Assembly (NCBI GenBank): GCA_047638395.1
Contig: JBLIMV010000003.1
Span: 35,299 to 99,298 of the forward strand
DNA from: Paracoccaceae bacterium
GTDB taxonomy: Bacteria > Pseudomonadota > Alphaproteobacteria > MPNO01 > UBA830
Length of the DNA: 64,000 nt
Direction of reading: 5' to 3'
Shown here: positions 56,157 through 64,000 of the stretch, piece after piece
Layout of the letters: each line of letters opens with the position of its first letter
Position numbering within the stretch: the stretch's first letter is position 1
Notes under the pieces: generated by a model
What the model was told of the DNA's origin: nothing
The model's input: the letters and a program-made list of their open reading frames with translations, nothing else
Databases searched by the model: none
Translations under genes and position numbers: made by a program

Positions 56157-57707
56157 ATGACAGATACCGCGCTGAACGACGCAACTGTCCTCGGTTGGCT
56201 TGCACGCAACGCGCGCGACGAGCCGAACAAGCTTGCCATCAGGTCACTCGACCAGAACAAAGACATCACGCACGGCGAACTGTTCAGCATCGCCAACCGA
56301 ATCTGCCGGTATTACGAAGCACACGGGATCGGGCGAAACGACCGCATCGCGTTGCTCTCCAACAACTCCATTGAACATCTCGCGGTTTACCTCGCGTCGC
56401 TCGCCTATGGCTGCACGATCTGCACAATCCATGTCGAGATGAACGCGTCCTACTTTGAGGACATTCTCAAATCCATAAATGCCAAGATCGTGATGTGCGA
56501 AGCCAATCAACCGGCCCTCGAAAGACTGGCAGGAAACGTTCCGGGAGACTGGCAGGAACTGGGTGAATGGGCCCCGGATGGCGGCACGGGCCTCTTCAAG
56601 GCCTTCGCTGCATTCGAAGACAGTCCCGGCGACTGGCCGGGGGCAGAACCCACCAGTGATGCGTCTATATTCTACACGTCGGGAACGTCGTCGCAGCCCA
56701 AAGGGGTCGTGTGCAGCTACGCCGAGCTGTTCGAGAACGTACTCCCGGTTGCCGATGCGTTCGGGATAACAGCAGAAGACCGGATATTGGATTTCCGCTC
56801 CATGAACTGGATGTCGGCGCAGGTTTTGTCCGCGCTTGGCCCGATCGCCAAGGGTGCCACCCTGCTGCTTGCCCGCAAGTTCTCCGTGACCCGGTTTTTC
56901 AACTGGGCAGCCGATAACCAGGCGACCGTGGCTGCGGGTAATCCGACGACGCTCAATATGCTGGTCAACCGCGAAGCATCCCGCGGGCGTAATGCTGCGC
57001 CGAGCCTGCGCTACGTGACATCGAGCTCGGCCCCCTTGCTCGTGTCCGAGTGGCAGCGTTTCGAAGACACGTTCGGCATTCAGGTTTGTCAGGGTTATGG
57101 CGCAAGCGAAATCGGCTGGATCGCGGGCAGTCACGAAGATGCGCGCAAACTCGGATCCGTCGGGCGCCCTGTCCCCTACCAGCAGGTCGCCATCGTCAAT
57201 CCGGAAGGTGCGCGGCTGCCTCCGGATGAAATCGGGGCAATCCAGATCAACGGAAACCCGGCCGGGCGATACAGGTATCTGGGCGAGGACGGATCAATCT
57301 ACGTGAACGCAGAAGGGTCAACGTTGACGGGAGACCTCGGATTTATCGATAAGGACGGCTATCTCTTCGTCACTGGGCGTGAAAAAGATCTGATTATTCG
57401 CGGCGGTGTAAACATTTCCCCCCTGGAGATCGACAACATCGTGCTCCAGATGGCCGGCATTGCCGACGTCGCAACGGTGGGCGTGCCGGACCATATCTAC
57501 GGCGAACAGGTCGTGGTCTACGTTCAGGCAAAAACCCACGCCGACCTCTCGGCATCGGATGTCATCGCCCATTGCGGCCGTCACCTTGCCGACTTCAAGC
57601 TCCCGCGCGAGGTCCTGTTTCGCGACGAACTGCCCAAAACCAACCGGGGAAAAATGGACCGGAAGGCTCTCGTCGAGGATTGGACGTCCACTCACGCGCC
57701 TGCCTGA
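56157..57707 (+). CDS. Acyl-CoA synthetase/AMP-binding enzyme, divergent from boxC
   Basis: FYTSGTSSQPKG, QGYGASE, TGDLG, RGGVNISP.EID, PKTNRGKMDR. Confidence 0.92.
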   Translation: MTDTALNDATVLGWLARNARDEPNKLAIRSLDQNKDITHGELFSIANRICRYYEAHGIGRNDRIALLSNNSIEHLAVYLASLAYGCTICTIHVEMNASYFEDILKSINAKIVMCEANQPALERLAGNVPGDWQELGEWAPDGGTGLFKAFAAFEDSPGDWPGAEPTSDASIFYTSGTSSQPKGVVCSYAELFENVLPVADAFGITAEDRILDFRSMNWMSAQVLSALGPIAKGATLLLARKFSVTRFFNWAADNQATVAAGNPTTLNMLVNREASRGRNAAPSLRYVTSSSAPLLVSEWQRFEDTFGIQVCQGYGASEIGWIAGSHEDARKLGSVGRPVPYQQVAIVNPEGARLPPDEIGAIQINGNPAGRYRYLGEDGSIYVNAEGSTLTGDLGFIDKDGYLFVTGREKDLIIRGGVNISPLEIDNIVLQMAGIADVATVGVPDHIYGEQVVVYVQAKTHADLSASDVIAHCGRHLADFKLPREVLFRDELPKTNRGKMDRKALVEDWTSTHAPA

Positions 57708-57744
57708 TCACCCTGAGTGCCCCTCTCCTCGCGCTGCCGACATC

Positions 57745-58512
57745 TTATCTAATGGTCAGCACCGAAAAGATCTCGCCCTCCGACGTCTCCAGCAGGGCTG
57801 GCGCCAACGACGCATCCTGCAGGCCGACAATCACCAGGGTCGGTGACATGTCCAAAACCTTGCCGACCAGTGCCCGCGTCTGTTGTCCGACAGGATTTAG
57901 TCGCCCGATCGGCAGCGTTTCCTCTGGGACATTCCGGTGAACGAGGCGTGCCGCAACGGCCACAGCGTGATGTCCAGCGGGACTGTCATCACTCACCACG
58001 ACGATTTTTTGTGTCGACACCGGAAGATGTGAGACCAGTAATACCGAGCCTGCGGATTCCGCAGCAAAGTCCCAGGCATCACGGTCAATCGTCCTGTCAC
58101 CGCCGAATTTGGAGTGAAACGATGCGACAACGAAGAGATCCGCAGTGGTCTCGCTTGCCGCCTCCGCTAGTCCCAGCCCGGGGAGTTCCCGGACGGAATA
58201 TGCCAGACGATGATGCTTCGACAGTTCCCGAAGAACGGTTCGGTTGCGGGCGAGCGGGCCGGCGCGACGGGACCTTATCGCGGCGTCATCGAATACTTCG
58301 CTCCTGCCCAAGAATGGCTCAACGATCCGGCCGAACGGCAGCCGGGACAGCCGCACGATATCCTGATCGTCGATAATAAGCGCCTCAAGGTCCGCGCCGA
58401 GCGATACGGCGAATTCCGTCGCAACGTGTAGCAGTGCCGAAGACACACAGGCGGGATCGAATGCAACGGCGACTTTGCGTATCTCACGAAAATCATCGCC
58501 CTGGGCGTTCAT
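57745..58512 (-). CDS. Degenerate tandem universal-stress-protein (USP)-like protein
   Basis: KVAVAFDPA...LLHVATEFA..LGADLEAL; second domain KIVVVSDDSPAGHHAVAVAARL; ATGA overlap with the Lon gene. Confidence 0.65.
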   Translation of the reverse strand: MNAQGDDFREIRKVAVAFDPACVSSALLHVATEFAVSLGADLEALIIDDQDIVRLSRLPFGRIVEPFLGRSEVFDDAAIRSRRAGPLARNRTVLRELSKHHRLAYSVRELPGLGLAEAASETTADLFVVASFHSKFGGDRTIDRDAWDFAAESAGSVLLVSHLPVSTQKIVVVSDDSPAGHHAVAVAARLVHRNVPEETLPIGRLNPVGQQTRALVGKVLDMSPTLVIVGLQDASLAPALLETSEGEIFSVLTIR

Positions 58513-60968
58513 GAGACCTCCACCCGGTTCTGGTTTTCGATACCATCGGGAGAAGCACCGTTTGGCGCACGGAATATATGTCGGCCAACGGATGCAACGA
58601 ATGCGTCGAGCCGCAGCGACACCAGGCGATAGACGCTGCCAGACGGAAACTCGCCATCTGCACCAGCGACCCCGGCAGGCGCGCCCATCATCAGCGCAAC
58701 CCCGTCCTCTATCCGCTCGATTGGGTAAATCCTGAAACTGCCCTTCCGGATTGCCGCAACCACATCGGCACGCAGCATAAGGTGCTGGACATTGGCCTTT
58801 GGAATCAGAACGCCCGGCCGACCGCGCAATCCGCGCTGTTTGCAGATATCGAAAAAACCTTCAATCTTCTCGTTTACACCGCCAATCGCTTGTATCTGTC
58901 CCTTCTGATTGACCGACCCGGTGATCGCGAGCCCCTGTCTGATTGGCCGCCGCGATAGCGCAGAAAGCAGCACCAGCAACTCCGCCGCCGATGCGCTATC
59001 CCCGTCGACCCCACCGTAGGACTGCTCAAAGACCAGGCTTGCACTCAGCGCAAGCGGTCGGTTCTGACCGAAAGTCTCGCCCAAAAACGCCGACAGGATC
59101 ATCACACCCTTGGAATGCAGGGGACCACCAAGCTCGACCTGGCGCTCGATATCGATGACCTCACCCCGGCCGAGCCGGACACTGGCGGTGATCCGGCTGG
59201 GCTTGCCAAATGACAGATCGCCGAGCGCCATCACAGCAAGCCCGTTGATCTGCCCAACAGCCTCGCCTTTTGTGTCGATCAGTTGAATTTCCCGCATCAG
59301 GTTGTCGATGCTACGCCGATGCACCCGATCCAGCCGACGGCGGCGGCCGTCGATCGCCTGAGCCACGTGGACCCGCGAGATGATTTTTTTACGGGCAAGG
59401 GCCGCAATGTGATCCGCCTCGAGTACAAGATCCTGGATCAAACCGACATCGAGTGACAGGCGAGCTGAATCCTCGATAACGCGCGACGCATGCTCTATCA
59501 GGCGCGCAACCCCCGAGACATCCATCGGTCTCACCCGGTTCTTCGCGACAAGCCCCGCGATAAATCGCGCAAAAAGCTTCTCTGTCTCCGGTTTCCGCTC
59601 CACGGAATCGTCAAAATCAACCGCAACCTTGAACAGTCGCCCCACATCGGGATCGAGCGCCGACATCATGTAGTAAAGCATCCTGTCGCCGATAAGGACG
59701 ACCTTCACATTCAACGGTATTGCTTCCGGCTCCAGCGTCGTCAGCCCCGAATATCCCATCGCCTCACCCAGGCTTTCGATCTCCAGCCGCCGGGTCTTCA
59801 GGCATCTTTTCAGGCTCTCCCACGCCATCGGCTGCATCAGAAGATCACGCACATCGATGATCAGAAAACCGCCATTTGCCTCATGAAGACAGCCGCCACG
59901 GATCATCCGGTAGTCGGTCATGAGATTACCGAAACTCGACCTGTGCTCGATCCGACCGAATAGCCGCGAAAACGTCGGGTGATCAACCGTCACAACCGGA
60001 GCGCATGAATGACCTTCGTGATCGACAACCACATTCACCTGGTAACGCTCGTACGGAGAGTCGACCGGCATCATTGGCATTTGCTGCGCGCCCGTTTCCG
60101 TCGCCGCGCGCCAGAATTGTTCGGCATTGTCGACAACGTCAGACCGCACGCGCTCGAGCCAGTCAATGATCTCAGGCAGCAAGCGGTATTGCTGCTTGAG
60201 CGTTTCGATCAGATGGGTCGCCGCAAAAGCCGTTACGTCGCGATTCAGGTCATGAATTTTCTCTGCAAGGTCCTTCCGCCAGCCAGGAATTTTCCGGACA
60301 ATCTCTTCGAGCTTTTTTTCCAGCTCGGCAATGTTCTGGCGAATGCTCTCCTGTCGGTCCTCGGGCAGCGCCTGAAAAACAGCGGGTTCAACCACCTTAC
60401 CATCGGCAACTGGCGCTATCGCAAATCCCATCGGCGTGCGGACCAGCGCCGCGCCGGACTTCGCCGCACGTTCGTGAAGCACTTGGAATTCCGTTTCCTG
60501 GCGCTCATTCGTCTCAGCCTCAACCGACTGGCGTCGCTCGCGGTAGTCGTCGCTATCGAAGGCGGCCGGGATCGCGATACCGAGATCCACAACAAACTTT
60601 TCCATATCGACTGCGAACGTACGGGCCGATCCCGGCGGCAGCCGGATTGCCTCGGGCTTTTGCGCCTGCAGGAAATTATTAACGAAACACCAGTCGTCAG
60701 GTGCCGGCAGATCCTGCGCCTGCTTCGCCAATGACGCTTCGATAAGGGTGTGCCTGCCGACCCCGGGCTCGCCAAAGGCAAACAGGTTATAGCCATCGTG
60801 CGACATACCCGTGCCGAAGGCTATCGCCTCTTCAGCCCTTACCTGGCCCTGGCTTTCATGAAGCGGCTTGACCTCATCCGTAGTCGCGAAGCCCAGCGCC
60901 GCTTCGTCGACGCCGCGATAGGCGTCGTCGGGCGACAATGCGTCTAATGCGTCTATTGTCGGTTTCAT
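58509..60968 (-). CDS. Lon-family (S16) protease, LonC-like with a degenerate AAA+ module
   Basis: Catalytic GDSAS and GGVNEKIEGF; Walker A GEPGVGRHT; Walker B FLIIDV; GQINGL, GPLHSKG; start ATG 60968 after GGGAG. Confidence 0.9.
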   Translation of the reverse strand: MKPTIDALDALSPDDAYRGVDEAALGFATTDEVKPLHESQGQVRAEEAIAFGTGMSHDGYNLFAFGEPGVGRHTLIEASLAKQAQDLPAPDDWCFVNNFLQAQKPEAIRLPPGSARTFAVDMEKFVVDLGIAIPAAFDSDDYRERRQSVEAETNERQETEFQVLHERAAKSGAALVRTPMGFAIAPVADGKVVEPAVFQALPEDRQESIRQNIAELEKKLEEIVRKIPGWRKDLAEKIHDLNRDVTAFAATHLIETLKQQYRLLPEIIDWLERVRSDVVDNAEQFWRAATETGAQQMPMMPVDSPYERYQVNVVVDHEGHSCAPVVTVDHPTFSRLFGRIEHRSSFGNLMTDYRMIRGGCLHEANGGFLIIDVRDLLMQPMAWESLKRCLKTRRLEIESLGEAMGYSGLTTLEPEAIPLNVKVVLIGDRMLYYMMSALDPDVGRLFKVAVDFDDSVERKPETEKLFARFIAGLVAKNRVRPMDVSGVARLIEHASRVIEDSARLSLDVGLIQDLVLEADHIAALARKKIISRVHVAQAIDGRRRRLDRVHRRSIDNLMREIQLIDTKGEAVGQINGLAVMALGDLSFGKPSRITASVRLGRGEVIDIERQVELGGPLHSKGVMILSAFLGETFGQNRPLALSASLVFEQSYGGVDGDSASAAELLVLLSALSRRPIRQGLAITGSVNQKGQIQAIGGVNEKIEGFFDICKQRGLRGRPGVLIPKANVQHLMLRADVVAAIRKGSFRIYPIERIEDGVALMMGAPAGVAGADGEFPSGSVYRLVSLRLDAFVASVGRHIFRAPNGASPDGIENQNRVEVS

Positions 60969-61122
60969 GCCATCTCCCAATTGCGAAAACCAATACCTTC
61001 AAGGCATTGCCTGCAATGGGAGACCTTAGGAGACGCCGGCAACCACGCCTTAACCTGAAACAAGGTTGCAACGTCACCCTGCCCGTCGGCCGGTTAGGCG
61101 ACGCCCCTGGCGCCGCCGCGGA

Positions 61123-61506
61123 TCAGACGCCGGCGCCGATGAAGGCTGTCGCCTCGATCTCAACCAGCGCACCCGGCTGGGCGAGCGCGGTGATCGCCAC
61201 GAGCGTGGAGCACGGCATCCGGCCGGAGAAAAACTCACTCCGCGCCTTACCGAATGCAGGGCGGTTCTCCATATCCGTCAGATAGATATTTAACTTGGCA
61301 ACGTCTTCCATTCGGCCACCGGCGGCTTCGACCAGTTCCTTGATCTTGTAGAAGCAGTTGACCGATTGCTCATAGGCGTCGCCGTCAGTATCGGTGGCGA
61401 TCATCCCGGATAGCAGCATCTGCGGCCCGACCTTCAGGCAATTGCTGTAAATATTTCCTTGGGGCTCCGGCACGGTCGTGACCGAAACTTTTGTAATCTT
61501 GTCCAT
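61123..61506 (-). CDS. RidA/YjgF-superfamily protein lacking the catalytic Arg
   Basis: LLSG, VAKLNIYLTDM, PCSTLV (RidA has PARS), LVEIEATA. Confidence 0.9.
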   Translation of the reverse strand: MDKITKVSVTTVPEPQGNIYSNCLKVGPQMLLSGMIATDTDGDAYEQSVNCFYKIKELVEAAGGRMEDVAKLNIYLTDMENRPAFGKARSEFFSGRMPCSTLVAITALAQPGALVEIEATAFIGAGV

Positions 61507-61547
61507 CTTCTTCTCCCTGTTTCTGCGTCTATTCTGCGTTTCTGCAT

Positions 61548-62597
61548 CTATTCTGCGGCAACGGCATTCTTGCGCAGCGCCTGCGCCTGACGCTCCGCCT
61601 CATCTGCCATTAGCTTGCGAACGCGGGTAACCCCGACGTCATGACCATACAGATATTCGTGACAATCAGCATCCTCCACCATGCGCTCGGCGACAAGGCG
61701 GTCCTGTTCCAGAACGTGCCAGTGCCGCCCCTCGAGCCGGTTCTTATAGAGAAACCGCCAGGTGTCGCGTTCCCAGCCGGTCACCTTCCGGTGCCGCCAG
61801 AAAAAGCATGCCGAAGATGTTTCGTCGATTGGGGTGATATGAAAAACGATGCCAAAATTGCCGCCGGGGCCGCCGGTGCCCGGGTAGGGAATCTCCAGGC
61901 AGACGGCCTGAAAATCGACGTCATACCATTCGGACCAGTCAAAATTTACGTCCTTCTGGCCCTTCTTTTCGAACACAAAACCGGTATTTGTCTTGCGAGT
62001 AGCGAACTCCGCCTCACTCGCCCCATCGGCCATCGAATGCGATACCCGATGCAGGAACGCACCATGCATAGGGTCCATATTGTTATCGATCATGTAGCGA
62101 TAGGGGGTGCGCCATTCTGCATAGGCAAGAAACGCATCATAGGAATCGTCGGTCAGCCGTTCGGGCAGCGTCAGCGGCGCTACCGGTGTCCCCAGACCAT
62201 CGCCGAGCCAGGCGTAGATTACACCGCGATGTATTTCGACCGGATAGGTTTCGACGGCGCATTGACCGACCAGGTCGCACCCGGGTTCGCCCGGCAGGCT
62301 CGCAACAGTGCCGTCGCCCAGGATTTCGGCGCCATGATAGACACAGGTCAGCCGGTCGCCGTCATGCCGGGCGATTGATAGCGGCGCGCCGCGATGCGGA
62401 CACCTGTCATCCTGCAAATGCACATCTCCAGCGCTATCGCGCCACAAAACCAGATCGCGGCTCCAGCGCCTGATCGCTACCGGTTGGTCCACGACACGGT
62501 CCGCCGGGCAAATGCCATACCACTTGTTGCGGAGGCCGGTATCCAGTATCTCGCGGGCCTCATCGCTCGCACGGTGTCTTGGTGGTTGCTGTGCCAT
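61548..62597 (-). CDS. Rieske non-heme iron oxygenase alpha subunit (short alpha3 type)
   Basis: DRCPHRGAPLS...CVYHG; DNNMDPMHGAFLH; LEQDRLVAE. Confidence 0.92.
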   Translation of the reverse strand: MAQQPPRHRASDEAREILDTGLRNKWYGICPADRVVDQPVAIRRWSRDLVLWRDSAGDVHLQDDRCPHRGAPLSIARHDGDRLTCVYHGAEILGDGTVASLPGEPGCDLVGQCAVETYPVEIHRGVIYAWLGDGLGTPVAPLTLPERLTDDSYDAFLAYAEWRTPYRYMIDNNMDPMHGAFLHRVSHSMADGASEAEFATRKTNTGFVFEKKGQKDVNFDWSEWYDVDFQAVCLEIPYPGTGGPGGNFGIVFHITPIDETSSACFFWRHRKVTGWERDTWRFLYKNRLEGRHWHVLEQDRLVAERMVEDADCHEYLYGHDVGVTRVRKLMADEAERQAQALRKNAVAAE

Positions 62598-62615
62598 ATC
62601 GCTGTCCCCTCTGCG

Positions 62616-63260
62616 CTAGCGGCCAAGTTTTTCCATGACGGCGCCATAACCTTCTTCGGTCCATGGTTCTCCATCCGGGGTCGTCACCCCCATCCGGTTC
62701 AGCGCCGCAACAATGCCTGCCAGGTCGTAAATACCGGCACTGAACACCTCCTCCAGCGCGTTGCCCAGCGCGGCTTCATAGGGTGTCGCGTTGCCTGTAC
62801 CCGCCTGCCATTGCTCCATGTAGAGACCGTTATGCGGAAGCCGGGCATGGTCGCCCCCGCCCGCACCGCTATTCACTTCGGCAGAGGCCATGACCGGCGG
62901 GGTGAGCCTGCCGTCAGCCGGTTCCGGATCAGCCTGCTGACGTTCCCTGGATTCACGCGCGAGGCGCTCGCGGACGGCCTTAAAATCGTATGTCGCGTAA
63001 ACTTCGGTTCGAAACACACCCCAGGCGAATTTCTCGAGCGCCACATTGACTGCCTGAATTCTGGACGGCGCCATTCTGAGCGTAGCGATCTGGCCGACCC
63101 CCATAACCACATTCCACGAAACGACCTCGACACCTTCGGGCGGAAAATTTTCCCACCATCCGCGATCGTCCAGCTTGGTCTGAAATTCATCGAGTGGCTG
63201 GCTCTGGTCATGCTTCAGGAACACCGTCAGCATGATGTCGTCGCCCTTGATATCGTCCAT
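62616..63260 (-). CDS. Two-domain hypothetical protein: predicted alpha/beta N-domain plus C-terminal recombinase-like HTH domain
   Basis: N-domain LTVFLKHDQS..FPPEGVEVVSW.V.MG.GQ; C-domain TPYEAALGNALEEVFSAGIYDLAGIVAALN...PDGEPWTEE. Confidence 0.75.
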   Translation of the reverse strand: MDDIKGDDIMLTVFLKHDQSQPLDEFQTKLDDRGWWENFPPEGVEVVSWNVVMGVGQIATLRMAPSRIQAVNVALEKFAWGVFRTEVYATYDFKAVRERLARESRERQQADPEPADGRLTPPVMASAEVNSGAGGGDHARLPHNGLYMEQWQAGTGNATPYEAALGNALEEVFSAGIYDLAGIVAALNRMGVTTPDGEPWTEEGYGAVMEKLGR

Positions 63261-63297
63261 CCCGATTTCCCCGTCGCAATCATTGTTCTTGGTGCTA

Positions 63298-63323
63298 CAT
63301 TCAATACTATATAGTATTGAATG
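63298..63323. promoter_or_regulatory. Perfect 26-bp palindrome CATTCAATACTATATAGTATTGAATG, candidate operator
   Basis: 13/13 pairs checked; almost exactly central in the 102-bp divergent intergenic region. Confidence 0.8.
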
Positions 63324-63362
63324 GCGAGTCCGAATTCACACTCACTCCAACCGGCAAGGGCA

Positions 63363-64000
63363 ATGGACATATTACTGGCAGAAGTTGCAAAACGATGCCG
63401 CCAGACCGCCGCGTCTGATAGCCCCAAGTACCGGCGTCTGATGGCGGCACTCCAGGACACAATAAAATCCGGGATGGTCGTGCCGGGAGATCGCCTGCCG
63501 ACCGAAAAGGCAATCGCCTCCGCCCTGCCATTTGCTCTGGGCACCGTACAAAAAGCGCTTAACGGCCTCGTCGCCCAGGGCCTTCTGCGCCGGAACCGGC
63601 GTAGTGGAACGTTCGTTTCGGACACAGCCCGCCCGCTCGACGACATGTCGCAATTTGTGTTCGAACGTGCCGATGGTTCCGGTATTGGCGCCGTCCTGAC
63701 CGAGATCACCGACATCGACATAACGCACGACACAGGCCGATGGGCGGACATGCTGGGGGATTGCCCTGCCGGATATGTCCGCATTACGCGGCTTGATCGT
63801 ATCGACCGCGATTTCCTGTGTTATGTGGAAATGCATCTGCGGGCCGACCGCTATTCGGATCTGCTGACCGAAACACCCGGTAATTTGTCGGGCAAGAATA
63901 TACGGACCGTTCTTGAAACACGTTACGGCATTGCTGTGACCAATCTTGAGATCGCCGTCGCCGCTGCCCCCGCATCTCACCGCGCGGCCACGAGCCTGAA
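63363..64000 (+). CDS. GntR-family regulator (HutC/UTRA-like), 3'-truncated by the window edge and absent from the ORF track
   Basis: PKYRRL...IKSG.V.PGDRLPTEKAIA...LGTVQKALNGLV..GLL.R.RRSGTFV; frame open to the window end. Confidence 0.9.
   Translation, partial: MDILLAEVAKRCRQTAASDSPKYRRLMAALQDTIKSGMVVPGDRLPTEKAIASALPFALGTVQKALNGLVAQGLLRRNRRSGTFVSDTARPLDDMSQFVFERADGSGIGAVLTEITDIDITHDTGRWADMLGDCPAGYVRITRLDRIDRDFLCYVEMHLRADRYSDLLTETPGNLSGKNIRTVLETRYGIAVTNLEIAVAAAPASHRAATSL

Noticed and set aside
62616-63260. Recombinase-like domain as evidence of a mobile element
   Set aside because: No catalytic serine or tyrosine recombinase domain, no att sites or terminal repeats and no GC shift; the gene is embedded in a metabolic operon

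Overview
A chromosomal, GC-rich (roughly 60%) window from an alphaproteobacterium. The taxon is inferred from gcrA, an alphaproteobacterial-type nrdAB and the TRAP/TTT transporters; a Rhodospirillales-like lineage is plausible but unproven. About 55 protein-coding genes can be supported. I saw no rRNA, tRNA, CRISPR array, transposase or integrase. Most genes serve catabolism of aromatic or heterocyclic compounds: boxC-boxB-benzoate-CoA ligase without boxA, two Rieske oxygenase alpha subunits without reductases, a LigAB-type ring-cleavage dioxygenase plus dienelactone hydrolase, a LigI-like lactonase, a hydantoinase/oxoprolinase pair, three acyl-CoA ligases and TRAP/TTT/NCS2 transport. The housekeeping and regulatory genes include yfiR plus a hybrid kinase, gcrA, a TraR/DksA protein, a SleB-like hydrolase, SRAP, cysQ, sua5, speDE, nrdAB, mntR and a LonC-like protease. 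There is also a 1303-aa all-RTX protein. The most interesting leads: (1) an uncharacterised GntR-controlled operon (61.1-64 kb) with a Rieske oxygenase, an Arg-less Rid protein, a two-domain fusion ending in a recombinase-like HTH, and a perfect 26-bp palindrome midway in the divergent promoter; (2) tandem NrdR-like boxes 31 bp apart plus DnaA-like boxes upstream of gcrA, resembling the nrdA upstream region, where an NrdR box lies exactly inside a head-to-head DnaA-box pair; (3) a perfect sigma54 promoter in front of an unknown protein; (4) an RTX beta-roll with strict basic/aromatic versus Thr/acidic face alternation. All family assignments come from motif recognition by eye, not database searches.
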